Notes under the pieces: model-generated | The model's database searches: none | Told to the model about the DNA's origin: nothing | The model's input: only the letters and a program-made list of their open reading frames with translations | Made by a program: the position numbers and the translations under genes | Part shown: piece by piece, positions 1 to 10,697 of the stretch | Layout of the letters: each line of letters opens with the position of its first letter | Numbering within the stretch: position 1 is the stretch's first letter | DNA from: an uncultured Bacteroides sp. | GTDB lineage: Bacteria > Bacteroidota > Bacteroidia > Bacteroidales > Bacteroidaceae | NCBI RefSeq assembly: GCF_963676325.2 | Contig: NZ_OY781098.2 | Coordinates: forward strand, 2,415,807 to 2,479,806 | DNA length: 64,000 bases | Reading direction: 5' to 3'

Positions 1-140
1 AATTAATACAATCACAAATTTCTTAATAATAAAGACGTTTATATTTAATAATAATCATATTTCTGGCAAATCATTTGCATATCTCACAAAATTTAGAGAA
101 CATTGCATCAATTTGTATATTACTGAAACACATAAAATAA

Positions 141-1343
141 ATGTCATACACCCTAATGTTATTAAGAAGAACACTAATTGCCAGTATAATAATACTTTGC
201 GCCAATAACTTACTTGCACAAACAAACGTTCAGGATCAAAAGTTTCCCTCTATCAGTTTAAATCCCTTCTCCGACAGTTCAAGGCACTGGTACGGAATAC
301 GCGATGATCACAATATCATCAATCCATCGCTCAACCAGCCTAAGTACAAAGAATCTGAAATAACCAATATTGCCGATAATATACTTCTTTATCAACGAGA
401 TAATGGTGGATGGCCTAAGAATTATGATGTGCAGGCAATACTTACTCCTCAGCAGGCCGATAGTCTGATAAAGACTAAAAACATGATTCATACCACTTTC
501 GACAACTCCACAACCTATACTCACGTTGACTATTTGGCTCAGGTATATACAATTACTCATATTGAGAAATATAAAAATGCTTGTGAAAAAGGAATCCTAT
601 TTATTCTTTCTGCTCAATATCCAAATGGAGGATGGCCGCAATACTATCCTCTGGAAAAAGGATATAGCAGGCACATCACGTTCAATGATGGAGCGTATAT
701 CGGAGTTATGGAAGTATTGAGAAAGATAGTCAATAACGATGCAAACTACTCTTTCATTGATAATAAGTTACGGAAGAAAATTGAGATTGCTTACCAGAAA
801 GGTATTGATTGCATTCTGAAAACACAGATAGTCGATAAAGGAAGACTTACCGTATGGTGCCAGCAACATGACGAAGTTACTTTAAAGCCAGCATGGGCAA
901 GAGCATTTGAACCGCCATGTATTTGCAACGGAGAAAGTGTAGGTGTTGTATTGTTTCTGATGGATATAAAAAATCCAGATCAGAAAATTATCAATTCTGT
1001 ACAATCTGCGGTAAAATGGTTCCAGGAATCCAGGATTCTGAATACCCGGGTAGAAACTATAAAAGCTACTCCTGAAAAATCTAATTGGAGAACAAGCACC
1101 ACCGACAGAGTTGTTGTAAATGATACTCTGGCTCCTCCCATCTGGACTCGTTACTATGAACTGGAAACAGAAAGACCTATGTTTAGCGACAGAAACGGCA
1201 AGATTCTGTATTCATTATCTGAAGTGAGCCGTGAAAGACGAAGTGGGTATGGGTGGTACACTTATGCTCCACAGGACGTGCTGAAAAAATATCCTAAATG
1301 GCAGAAGAAATGGGCATCAAATGAAAATATATTAGAGAAGTAG
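141..1343 (+). CDS. secreted pectate lyase, PelA/Pel-15E (PL10)-like
   Basis: 400-aa ORF with an N-terminal signal peptide (...NNLLAQ). It has repeated NGGWP motifs (DNGGWPKNYD, NGGWPQYYP) that I associate with the PL10 PelA/Pel-15E family. Assigned by recall only. Confidence 0.55.
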   Translation: MSYTLMLLRRTLIASIIILCANNLLAQTNVQDQKFPSISLNPFSDSSRHWYGIRDDHNIINPSLNQPKYKESEITNIADNILLYQRDNGGWPKNYDVQAILTPQQADSLIKTKNMIHTTFDNSTTYTHVDYLAQVYTITHIEKYKNACEKGILFILSAQYPNGGWPQYYPLEKGYSRHITFNDGAYIGVMEVLRKIVNNDANYSFIDNKLRKKIEIAYQKGIDCILKTQIVDKGRLTVWCQQHDEVTLKPAWARAFEPPCICNGESVGVVLFLMDIKNPDQKIINSVQSAVKWFQESRILNTRVETIKATPEKSNWRTSTTDRVVVNDTLAPPIWTRYYELETERPMFSDRNGKILYSLSEVSRERRSGYGWYTYAPQDVLKKYPKWQKKWASNENILEK

Positions 1344-1369
1344 GACTATAAAGAGCTTTGATAAAAGTA

Positions 1370-1412
1370 AAAATGCATTGCTGATCTATTGAGATTGAGC
1401 AATGCATTTTTG
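1370..1412 (+). terminator. rho-independent terminator after the lyase gene
   Basis: 12-bp stem aaaatgcattgc / gcaatgcatttt (1370-1381 and 1399-1410) followed by a T run, 27 nt after the stop codon. Confidence 0.6.
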
Positions 1413-1448
1413 CTTTAAAACTTATTTTTTACAGATAAAAAGAGTTCT

Positions 1449-1820
1449 TTATTGCCTAAAAATCCATCTAATAGCATAAGCAGTAACAAAAAAGACCGGA
1501 ATAGTACTTGGAATCCATGTAAATAGAAAAAAAGGTAAATAAAAACTATCTCTTTGCAACATTAAAATTAGAATTAAGGTATAAGCGAGGATGCTCATTC
1601 CCCATAACTTTAAACTAAAAGAAAACTCATTAGTAGGTTTTTCTTCTTTTAACCAAATAAGAATACTTATGGGCAAAGTTCCGCAAAATGAAATCGTAAT
1701 ACAATTTAGGAATGGAAGCGCAGTGACTTGAAACCAATAATTAAGCAGTGCTACAAATAAGGAACATAATACCATTACAGTCTCATATTGCCAAAACATT
1801 TTATTCCCTTTTACTTTCAT
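1449..1820 (-). CDS. hypothetical small integral membrane protein
   Basis: 123-aa ORF with about four hydrophobic helices. No family recognised. Confidence 0.4.
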   Translation of the reverse strand: MKVKGNKMFWQYETVMVLCSLFVALLNYWFQVTALPFLNCITISFCGTLPISILIWLKEEKPTNEFSFSLKLWGMSILAYTLILILMLQRDSFYLPFFLFTWIPSTIPVFFVTAYAIRWIFRQ

Positions 1821-1885
1821 ATTACACTCATTATTAAAGAGATAGAAAGAGTAGATTTCTTTGATAAATTTATAATAATAATCTT

Positions 1886-2788
1886 CTAAACTGTAATTTC
1901 TGTCTTAAAAACAACTACTGCATCTCCTTTTATCTGAATCAAAGCTGGTTTATTATTTTCAATCGTAACGCGGACAGAAACAACTCCAAGTCTGTTTATT
2001 GCCTCTCCCTGACAGCAATTAAATTCAAAACAATCATCAGCTACTTCTATTATTTTGTTTTGAATCAGATACCCTCCTAGCGGACCATTTGCATTACCGG
2101 TCACCGGATCTTCATTTATTCCAATAGCAGGAGCAAACATTCGCCCATAAGTTAACACATTCTTGTCATCTGAATCAAAGGTAAATACAAAATATCCATT
2201 GCATTTTATATCTGAACTCAGATTTGCCAATTCATTAAAGTCAGGTTTTAGTTGATTTAGCTTTTGTCGACTGTTTATTCCAATCATGACCTTTGAATGA
2301 CCGGTTGATGCTATCTGAACAGGGCAATTATTGTTTAAGTCCTTTTCTTCAAGTCCCAACGCTTTAACCATTCTTCCAGATGTAGCCTCATCAAAGGTTT
2401 CACTAAGACTAAACTCTCCCTGAGTCATTATTATCTGGTAATCATCCTCATTCTTTATTATTTCAAAAGGGAGAATGCCTACATTGGTTTTAATCTTTAA
2501 TACACGAGAATCTAAATTTTCCTCTAGTGCTTTTGCATACATTGCTGCAATTGTTGCGTGCCCACAGATAGGCACTTCGTTTGTAGGAGTAAAGTATCGT
2601 ATTATTCCATCATAGTCTGTACTGTCCGACTGAGAGAGGAATGCTGTTTCAGAATTGTTTAGTTCTCGCGCAATCATTTGCATCTGACTGTCATTCAACC
2701 CATCAGCATTAACAACTACTCCGGCTGGATTGCCTTTAAACTTTTCTTTTGTAAAAGAATCAATCTGATATACTATTAGCTTTTTCAT
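1886..2788 (-). CDS. PhzF family isomerase-like protein
   Basis: 300 aa. The N-terminus YQIDSFTKEKFKGNPAGVVV...ETAFL is typical of the PhzF/YddE family. Confidence 0.8.
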   Translation of the reverse strand: MKKLIVYQIDSFTKEKFKGNPAGVVVNADGLNDSQMQMIARELNNSETAFLSQSDSTDYDGIIRYFTPTNEVPICGHATIAAMYAKALEENLDSRVLKIKTNVGILPFEIIKNEDDYQIIMTQGEFSLSETFDEATSGRMVKALGLEEKDLNNNCPVQIASTGHSKVMIGINSRQKLNQLKPDFNELANLSSDIKCNGYFVFTFDSDDKNVLTYGRMFAPAIGINEDPVTGNANGPLGGYLIQNKIIEVADDCFEFNCCQGEAINRLGVVSVRVTIENNKPALIQIKGDAVVVFKTEITV

Positions 2789-3009
2789 TCTGATAATTTT
2801 ATTGTAACATATTCATTGATTATAGCTTGCAGCCATTCCTATTTCCCCAATAATACAACATCCATCAGGTTCAAACATCTGAGGTATATTTGCAAAAATA
2901 GCTTTATCTCTATTTTCTGCAAAGGTCTAAAAGTTTTTGCAAAAAAGAGGAATAAAGCTATTTAAAATTAGAGTAAGAATGAAATATCTAAATGATCTTT
3001 CTCAAGCAA

Positions 3010-3642
3010 TTAATAATTGATAACAAACTTATCTTTGGGGTTTCTTACCTTCTTCATACTTACAAGCCAATCGTTCTCTGTATCACGATAGCCTAAAGGA
3101 AGTAATAAAACACTCTTCAATCCTTTTGATTTCAGATCAAGCAATTCATCCAATTCCTGACCTACAAAGCCTTCCATTGGTGTGCAATCCACTTTCAATT
3201 CAGCTGCCTCAGCTATGGATAGTCCCAAACCAATATAAGCTTGTCTTGCTGTGTGCACAAAATTCTCTTCAGCTGTTTGTGATAAATAAAGAGCTCTCAG
3301 TTTATCTGTATATGATTTAAATCGTCCTCTCGGCAAACCTCTCTGGTCTGTTGTATAATTATAAATATTATTAATACGCTCTTCAGTATAGCGGTCCCAT
3401 GCTGCAAACACAAGCAAATGAGAGCAATCGGCAACAATCTGCTGGTCCATTGCTATTGGTACTATTTTATTTTTAAGTTCCTGATTGGTTATTACAATCA
3501 CTCTAAATTGCTGTAATCCAGAAGAAGTGGGTGCCATGCGGGCTGCTTCTACTATTTTATCTACATCCTCCTGAGAAACCTTCTTAGTTGGATCATACTT
3601 TTTAGTGGCATATCGCCATTGTAAATTTTCTAATAATGACAT
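3010..3642 (-). CDS. NAD(P)H nitroreductase family protein
   Basis: MSLLENLQWRYATKKYDP...VEAARMAPTSSGLQ is a classic nitroreductase N-terminus. I prefer the ATG at 3642 over the TTG at 3672 used by the ORF track. Confidence 0.8.
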   Translation of the reverse strand: MSLLENLQWRYATKKYDPTKKVSQEDVDKIVEAARMAPTSSGLQQFRVIVITNQELKNKIVPIAMDQQIVADCSHLLVFAAWDRYTEERINNIYNYTTDQRGLPRGRFKSYTDKLRALYLSQTAEENFVHTARQAYIGLGLSIAEAAELKVDCTPMEGFVGQELDELLDLKSKGLKSVLLLPLGYRDTENDWLVSMKKVRNPKDKFVINY

Positions 3643-3776
3643 ATTTCTATTTTTTATTTGTTCTGATAACAAACAAATATACTACAAAGAAGTTCATATA
3701 AAAACTATACTACCATACTATTAACTTTCATAATAATTAAATAGCAGTCTTTTACTTCTAATTCCGGGATCAATAC

Positions 3777-4733
3777 CTAACAGAACATTTTGTTTTGATA
3801 ATTACTAGGAGAAAGTCCCACTTCTCTTTTAAAATATTTCCCGAAAAAACTCTGATTCGGGAAATTCAGTAAATAAGAAATCTCCTTCACACTGTTTCCC
3901 GAGTTCTGAAGAAGGCGCTTGGCTTCATGAATCACAGCATCTGTTATCAGTCTGTTTGCCGATAGTCCTGTAGTTTCCTTTATTAATAGTGATAGGTGTT
4001 TAGGAGAAATACAAAGTTTATCAGCATAAAACTTTAGATTTCTTTCTTCACGTAAATGTTGGTTTACTAATATAAAAAAGTCTTTGCATATTTTATTTTT
4101 TCGGTTAAAAGAGCTCGACTTACAAAGATTCTTTGCAACAGGGCTGCTTTTTGCGTAAGCATTCAATATCTCAATATAAAATACTGAGACTAAGTTCAAA
4201 AGCTTTTCCTTCGTAAATAAATCATCATTATTATTATTAGATAATTCATCCTTTATCAATTCAAAAATCTGATTGATTTTTCTTAAAACAACTTCTTCAG
4301 AATTTAATTCGTTGTCTTTAACCAACAGTTTATCTTTACTTATAACAATTGGTATTTGCAGCAATTCAAAAAAGTCTGAAGACAATACCATTATGTAACC
4401 CTCAATCGGTGACATACTTAAATCCAAATTTAATGTCTTTCCCGGAGGGATAAATGCAATATCCCCTCTTGATAATGAGTAACTATGAGCATCAGTCATT
4501 ATATTTAAAGATCCGCGACAAACAACTATAATACAAAAAGCATCTGTCATTCCATGGAATTTACTATAAGATGCATTCTCTTGCAAATAATAAAGAGCAA
4601 ATTCATTGCAGTGTTTTCCAACAACAGGTAACTGAAATGAAAAGTCATCAATTACTGATGACTTTTCGTTTGATTTATTTATCATTTTACTATCCATAAT
4701 ATAATGCATATTCAAGAATTTAAATTGTATCAT
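3777..4733 (-). CDS. AraC family transcriptional regulator
   Basis: Cupin-like N-terminal half and a C-terminal double HTH (...LSPSNYQNK). The ATG lies 2 nt after the RND pump stop, so it is probably co-transcribed. An internal start is possible. Confidence 0.8.
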   Translation of the reverse strand: MIQFKFLNMHYIMDSKMINKSNEKSSVIDDFSFQLPVVGKHCNEFALYYLQENASYSKFHGMTDAFCIIVVCRGSLNIMTDAHSYSLSRGDIAFIPPGKTLNLDLSMSPIEGYIMVLSSDFFELLQIPIVISKDKLLVKDNELNSEEVVLRKINQIFELIKDELSNNNNDDLFTKEKLLNLVSVFYIEILNAYAKSSPVAKNLCKSSSFNRKNKICKDFFILVNQHLREERNLKFYADKLCISPKHLSLLIKETTGLSANRLITDAVIHEAKRLLQNSGNSVKEISYLLNFPNQSFFGKYFKREVGLSPSNYQNKMFC

Positions 4734-4735
4734 TT

Positions 4736-7700
4736 TTATTGAGACACAACCACTTCCTCTTCTTCCATTAAAGTTTCCTTGAGGTGTTCTATAGCCCGGT
4801 TCTTTGTGTAATGGCGGAAACGAGCCGTTAGCTTATCAAAGATGTAATACACAACCGGCACTACAACTAAAGTCAATATCATAGAACTAGCCAATCCTCC
4901 GATGATTACCCATGCCATACCATTTTTAAATTCAGCACCGTTGCCTGAAGCCATTGCAATTGGTAACATACCGAATATCATGGCGAAAGTGGTCATCAGA
5001 ATAGGGCGCAAACGTTCTTTACCAGCTTCTATCAATGCATTGAAGGTATCCATGCCTTTATCGCGACGCATGTGATTGGTGAAATCGACCAGCAGGATAG
5101 CATTCTTTGCTACCAGCCCTATCAATACAATCAATCCGATGATACTGAAAATATTCAGGTCGTTCATCGTCAGAGCAAGTGCCAGAAAAGCTCCGATAAG
5201 TGACAACGGGATAGAGAACATCACAATTATAGGATCAAGCAAAGAATCGTAGAGAACAACCATAATCAGGTAGATTAATACGATTGCTGCCAGGAATGCA
5301 TATCCCAGACTTCCGAAAGCATTAGATTGCTGTTCCAGCATACCACCCTCTTTTACAGTAACACCATCGGATATTTTTCCCTGAATTTTTGCAGATATTT
5401 CAGCACCAACAGTTCCGGAAGAACGGCCGGTTACATTTGATTTCACAATAATAGAAGGAATTCTGTCTGTACGCTCCAAAGCAGACGGTCCTAATCCAAA
5501 TGTGATGTCAGCAAATTGATTCAGTTCAATAAGATTTCCATTTTTATTCATAAATGTCAGCTTAGATACATCACCTGCCTTTGTCTTGTCAAATTTATCA
5601 ATGCCTACACGGATTTTATATTCAAAATCACCTTCCGTATATTTCAGATCATCGTTTCCATTCAATGCAACACGAAGAGTAGAACCTACGTCTGATGAAG
5701 ACAATCCCAAAGTTGCCATCTTATCACGATCCAGTTTTACTTTTACTTCCTGACGTGGATCATCAATGGAGAATTTAGCATCATTTGTTCCGGGAGTATG
5801 ACGAACTGCATTCAATATCAATGCTGCTGTTTGCTGCACCTTCTCAAAATCGGTTCCTTGCACAATAAATTGAATTGGTTCTGTTGTGTCTCCCGAAACC
5901 CCTTTAACACTTACCCGTGCACGGACTCCCGGCACTTGCATTATTTCAGCTTTCAATTTTTGAGCAAAAACATCTATACCTACATTTCTTTCCTTTTTAT
6001 CTACCAGTTTTACATCAATGGTACTTACATTATTTTTTGTATTACTGCCAGATAAACCAACATTGGTATATATACGCTCCACTTCTGGTAGCCGGCTTAT
6101 TATTTTTTCAGCTTGCATAGTAGCCTGATTGTTCTGAAAGACTGTTACCTGAGGGTCCATATCCAGAGTTACAGTCAGCATACCCTGATCGGTATTAGGA
6201 ACAAATGAGAAGCCGATAAATCCTGCCGGAATCAAGGAAAAGGAGCCTATCAACAAAACAAGCGTAATAATAAAAACCGTCACCTTATGCTGTAATCCTT
6301 TAAGTAATACCTGGGAGTAAACCTTTACTATTGAGTCGAAAGTACGCTCAGCCAAACGAGAAAATCGGCCGGATAAAGTAGGCTTTGTATCATCAGATAA
6401 CTTTCCGAAACGAGACATTAGTAACGGCGTTACAGTAAACGAAACAAATAAGCTGGAAAGTGTAGCAATAATAATTGGGAAAGCAAACTCTCTTAAAATG
6501 TTTCCTATTAATCCCCCACTAATAGCCAAAGGCAAGAAAACAACCACAATAACAATAGTTATGGCCATACAGGTAAACATAATCTGTTTGCAGCCTTCAA
6601 GTGCTGCCTGCCATTTTGATTTTCCCGCTTCCATATAGCGGAACATGTTCTCAATCACAACAATAGAATCATCCACCAGAATTCCGACAACTAATGACAG
6701 AGCCATCAATGACATTAGATTCAGAGAGAATCCCATGAAATACATCACTATAAATGAGGGAATAATTGAGAGCGGAACCGCAATCATTACAATCATAGCA
6801 CTACGCAGGTTATGCAGAAAGATAAAACATACGATGGACACAATAATAATTGCTAAAATCAAATCAAAAACCACTGCATCTGCCGAGGCTCTGGTGTAAA
6901 CAGAATCATCGGAAGCAATTTCAAATTTCACCTGACTGCTTTTATATTCTTTTTCAATAGATGCCAGTTCGGCTTTAACCAAATCGGCCACTTTTACAGC
7001 ATTGGCATCTGATTGTTTTTTTATGGCAATACCAATAGCATCACGACCATTAATTCTGTTAATCAACTTTTGTGTGGCAATACCATCTTCCACTTCAGCC
7101 ACATCCATTATTTTCACTTTCTCACCGGTAGCTGTAGTCTTTATTACCGTATTGCGGAGTTCGTTGAGATTTGAATATTTCGCAGCCAAACGAACAGAAT
7201 AGGTTGAATTGACATTTTCAACATTTCCAGCCGGAATTTCCATGTTAGCCATTTGAATAGCCTGCAAAACCTGTAATGCAGAGATATTGTAGGCCTTTAA
7301 TTTGTTGGCATCTATATTGACTTTAACTTCTCGTTCATTTCCTCCTGTCATTTTCACCGAACCTACTCCGTGAAGTTTTGCCAATCGGGGTTGTATCCGG
7401 TCTTCAACCAATTTATAGAACTTTGTTGAGGATAATGATGCCGAGGCTGCAATATTCATAATAGGTGCTTCGTCAAGAGAGAGCTTATCAATGGAAGGAT
7501 CTAATATTCCTGTTGGCAAATCAGACTTAATCACATTAATTTTCCGCTGTGCATCCTGAACAGCCTGGTTAGGATCAGCACCGTCATTTAATTCAATGGC
7601 TATGACAGAGACACCTTCCATAGAGGTTGAACTGATTTTTTTCAGATTCTCCAACGTGGAAAGAGCATCTTCCATTTTCTTTGTTACAGAAGTTTCTACT

Positions 7701-7876
7701 TCCGATGCACCAGCACCCGGATAAACGGTTTGAATGGTGAGCATAGGTAACTGAAACTTCGGCAACAGATTCAAATTAAGCATATTATAACTGACCAACC
7801 CGCCAAGAGCCAGTACCGTGAAAATCACTACAATTAATAGCGGTTTCTTTAGAGATGTTTCTACTATTGAAGGCAT
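4736..7876 (-). CDS. RND (AcrB/HAE1-type) efflux permease
   Basis: 1046 aa with 12-TM topology, two large periplasmic loops and AcrB-like N-terminal and C-terminal motifs. Confidence 0.9.
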   Translation of the reverse strand: MPSIVETSLKKPLLIVVIFTVLALGGLVSYNMLNLNLLPKFQLPMLTIQTVYPGAGASEVETSVTKKMEDALSTLENLKKISSTSMEGVSVIAIELNDGADPNQAVQDAQRKINVIKSDLPTGILDPSIDKLSLDEAPIMNIAASASLSSTKFYKLVEDRIQPRLAKLHGVGSVKMTGGNEREVKVNIDANKLKAYNISALQVLQAIQMANMEIPAGNVENVNSTYSVRLAAKYSNLNELRNTVIKTTATGEKVKIMDVAEVEDGIATQKLINRINGRDAIGIAIKKQSDANAVKVADLVKAELASIEKEYKSSQVKFEIASDDSVYTRASADAVVFDLILAIIIVSIVCFIFLHNLRSAMIVMIAVPLSIIPSFIVMYFMGFSLNLMSLMALSLVVGILVDDSIVVIENMFRYMEAGKSKWQAALEGCKQIMFTCMAITIVIVVVFLPLAISGGLIGNILREFAFPIIIATLSSLFVSFTVTPLLMSRFGKLSDDTKPTLSGRFSRLAERTFDSIVKVYSQVLLKGLQHKVTVFIITLVLLIGSFSLIPAGFIGFSFVPNTDQGMLTVTLDMDPQVTVFQNNQATMQAEKIISRLPEVERIYTNVGLSGSNTKNNVSTIDVKLVDKKERNVGIDVFAQKLKAEIMQVPGVRARVSVKGVSGDTTEPIQFIVQGTDFEKVQQTAALILNAVRHTPGTNDAKFSIDDPRQEVKVKLDRDKMATLGLSSSDVGSTLRVALNGNDDLKYTEGDFEYKIRVGIDKFDKTKAGDVSKLTFMNKNGNLIELNQFADITFGLGPSALERTDRIPSIIVKSNVTGRSSGTVGAEISAKIQGKISDGVTVKEGGMLEQQSNAFGSLGYAFLAAIVLIYLIMVVLYDSLLDPIIVMFSIPLSLIGAFLALALTMNDLNIFSIIGLIVLIGLVAKNAILLVDFTNHMRRDKGMDTFNALIEAGKERLRPILMTTFAMIFGMLPIAMASGNGAEFKNGMAWVIIGGLASSMILTLVVVPVVYYIFDKLTARFRHYTKNRAIEHLKETLMEEEEVVVSQ

Positions 7877-7917
7877 AATTTCTAATTTTAAAGATTAAGA
7901 ATCTATTAATACTCACA

Positions 7918-8976
7918 CTAATTCTTAATGACCGAAACATGTGCCCCGTCCATCAGGTTGATTTGTCCGTTTACCACAACTTGATCACCTTCTTTCAAAC
8001 CTTGCAGCACTTCAATACGACTCTCATAATCTTTACCAATATTGATTTTAACCAATTTTGCTATGCCACCCTCTACCAGATATACTGTTGGTTCCTTTAT
8101 ACTGCTTACAATGGCGTTTCTTGGAATGAATAAGGCAGATTGTTTTTCTCCCAGATCTATAGAAGTACTTACATAAGTTCCGGCTTTAAGCGGATGTTGT
8201 TTACTGTTTGGCAACGAAACTTCAACAGCATAAGAATGGGTATTATCACCTTTAGGACTTATATGAGCAACCTTACCACTGAAAGCCACTCCGGGATAAA
8301 TTTGTGTATTTACGGAAACCGGCTGACCATTCTTCAAATTATATACATTGAATTCAGGTACTGATAAAATTACTTTCAGATTAGAAATATCAGCTAACCC
8401 TGCTACTGGAGTAGATGCATTGACATACTTACCTAAATCTATTTCACGAGATGTAATGTACCCGCTGAAAGGTGCTCTGATATAAGTATCTTCCAATTGT
8501 TTCTGAGCTTGTTTCAATTGCACTTTTGCATTTTCATAAGCCACTTTGATGTCTCTTAACTGAGTTTCAGAAACAGCATCCCCGGTTCTCAATGTTTTAT
8601 AACGTTGTAAATCCTCCTGATATTTATTATAATTGATTCTTGTATTTTCCAGAGTTAACTTATTATATGCATTATCTACACGAGCAAGCACTTTGCCTTT
8701 AGTTACATAATCGCCTAGTTTGAAATAAATATTCGTAATCTCACCGCTGGCCTTTGATGCAACCATTACTTCCTGACTGGCTTCAACAGTTCCGGTCATG
8801 CTTATATTTGTTTCCGGTGTTTCCTTCTGCACACTTGCTACACTTACAGCAATATTTTTAGTTTCAATCTTCGCTTCTTTTTTACTATTAATTTCGTGTT
8901 TGTTCGCTGCCAATTTCCAAGCCATAAGACCTGCAAAAACAATAAATACAATTGATGTTATAACTTTCTTTTTCAT
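7918..8976 (-). CDS. RND efflux periplasmic adaptor (MFP) subunit
   Basis: 352 aa with an N-terminal anchor, coiled-coil hairpin and beta-barrel domains. It sits between the TolC-like and RND genes. Confidence 0.85.
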   Translation of the reverse strand: MKKKVITSIVFIVFAGLMAWKLAANKHEINSKKEAKIETKNIAVSVASVQKETPETNISMTGTVEASQEVMVASKASGEITNIYFKLGDYVTKGKVLARVDNAYNKLTLENTRINYNKYQEDLQRYKTLRTGDAVSETQLRDIKVAYENAKVQLKQAQKQLEDTYIRAPFSGYITSREIDLGKYVNASTPVAGLADISNLKVILSVPEFNVYNLKNGQPVSVNTQIYPGVAFSGKVAHISPKGDNTHSYAVEVSLPNSKQHPLKAGTYVSTSIDLGEKQSALFIPRNAIVSSIKEPTVYLVEGGIAKLVKINIGKDYESRIEVLQGLKEGDQVVVNGQINLMDGAHVSVIKN

Positions 8977-9001
8977 GACTATTTTCTATTTCTAATTTTT
9001 A

Positions 9002-10360
9002 TTATTTAACCCAGCCTCTAATCTCACCGTTTAAAGACATAATTTCCAGTTCAGCTTCTTTGAACTTATAGAGTGCATCCAGATATCCTGATTGCGCATT
9101 ATTAAGTGCTACTTCGTCCTGCAGCAAATCATTCATAGTAGCTACGCCTTCCCTGTATTTGAGAGCTGTTTCCTTATATACCTGCTGTGCCAGATCAATG
9201 TTATTTTGCTGACGTTCCACTGTTGTTTTACTGTTATAATAATTATTCATCGCATTTTTATAGTCAGCCAAAAAATGTTTTTTAGTATTATCCAGGTTCA
9301 GACTACTCTTTATATAGTCGGCTTTTGCCTGATTGTATTTCGAGCGTTTCTGGAAACCATCGAAAACAGGAATCGTTAGTTTTAACCCAACGTATGATGA
9401 ATTGTACCATTTATTTGCTGCACTGTTATTGAAATAATCCTTAAACTCATTTCTCATTCCCTGATAACCAAATTGTCCGAATAATGCCACACTGGGAAGA
9501 TAACCTGCATTGGCCAGTTTTTGATTTAACAAAGCAACATCCTTTTGAGCCTCAATCATTTGCACATCAATATGATCTGAGAAGTCAATGTCATTAGCAG
9601 GCAAGGCAGAAATCAAAACCATATCAGCACTATCAGTCAGCAGTACCTCTTTATTGAGCGGAATCTCCAGCGTATACTTCATCATATTAAGTTGCTGTTC
9701 ATACAATGCCTTTGTATTGTCAAGCTGCGTTTGGAGGTTCTGCACAGAAACCATTATCCGATTGTAATCCACCTTTTTGCCAAGACCATTATCCACCTGC
9801 TTCTTAGTAATATCTGTCATCCTCTGTGTACGGGCAATATTATCTTCTATCAGTCTTTTTTGTTTCGCGGTAGTTTGTATCAGAAAGTAAAGTTTGGCCA
9901 CTTCCTTAACAATTTCTTCCTTTGCCTTTTGAACTCCCAGCTTTGAAACATATTCACCTTTCTTTGATAGTTTGAGTGCAGTTAGCGCTGTCTGGTTATA
10001 CAATACCTGATTAGCAGATATATTTGCCGACGCACTATATTGTACTCCCATTGTGAAAGGAATAGTAGTTCCGGGCTGTCCAAGAAAGTCGCCCGGTATC
10101 ACTGTCACGGCTAGTTTTGTGTTATCCTGAAACGTTCCACCAATTTCAACCTGTGGAAGTAAAGAAGAACGAGCCTCTTCTGTTTTCTGACGACTTTTCT
10201 CCTTGTCCTGAATTGCCTGAGAAACATTAATATTCTTTTCCGCCGCTATTCGCACACACTCTTTTAGTGAAAGAGCGGTAACCCCACTTTCCTGGGCAGA
10301 AAGATTTGCAATGCTAAGCAACGTAAATATTGCTGTTAGAAATTTCACTTTCATCCTCAT
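9002..10360 (-). CDS. TolC family outer-membrane efflux protein
   Basis: 452 aa with a signal peptide (...NLSAQ) and the duplicated OEP repeat pattern. First gene of the RND operon. Confidence 0.85.
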   Translation of the reverse strand: MRMKVKFLTAIFTLLSIANLSAQESGVTALSLKECVRIAAEKNINVSQAIQDKEKSRQKTEEARSSLLPQVEIGGTFQDNTKLAVTVIPGDFLGQPGTTIPFTMGVQYSASANISANQVLYNQTALTALKLSKKGEYVSKLGVQKAKEEIVKEVAKLYFLIQTTAKQKRLIEDNIARTQRMTDITKKQVDNGLGKKVDYNRIMVSVQNLQTQLDNTKALYEQQLNMMKYTLEIPLNKEVLLTDSADMVLISALPANDIDFSDHIDVQMIEAQKDVALLNQKLANAGYLPSVALFGQFGYQGMRNEFKDYFNNSAANKWYNSSYVGLKLTIPVFDGFQKRSKYNQAKADYIKSSLNLDNTKKHFLADYKNAMNNYYNSKTTVERQQNNIDLAQQVYKETALKYREGVATMNDLLQDEVALNNAQSGYLDALYKFKEAELEIMSLNGEIRGWVK

Positions 10361-10697
10361 AAATGTTTTTATTATTAGTCTTTGTTTTTATTTAATCTTA
10401 AATGCCAGTTTTCTCTGACTTTAATTCTACCATATATTTTACAATACAGACTCTTCTTAGAATCGAATGCAAAAGTGATATAATAATAGGCCACTTCTCT
10501 TAGTTCATTTCAGCTATTAGTTGTCCAAAACATGCAAATTCAATATTTACAGCTTTGCGTATAATCCATTTTCAACAAACATTTATCCATTTCGTGCATA
10601 ATAGAAGGAGTGGCATTTAATATAGTAGCACCAAATAAAGTAAATAGAACAGATAGAACATTGATTCCATTATTCAAATTAATTAAAGCCAAACAGA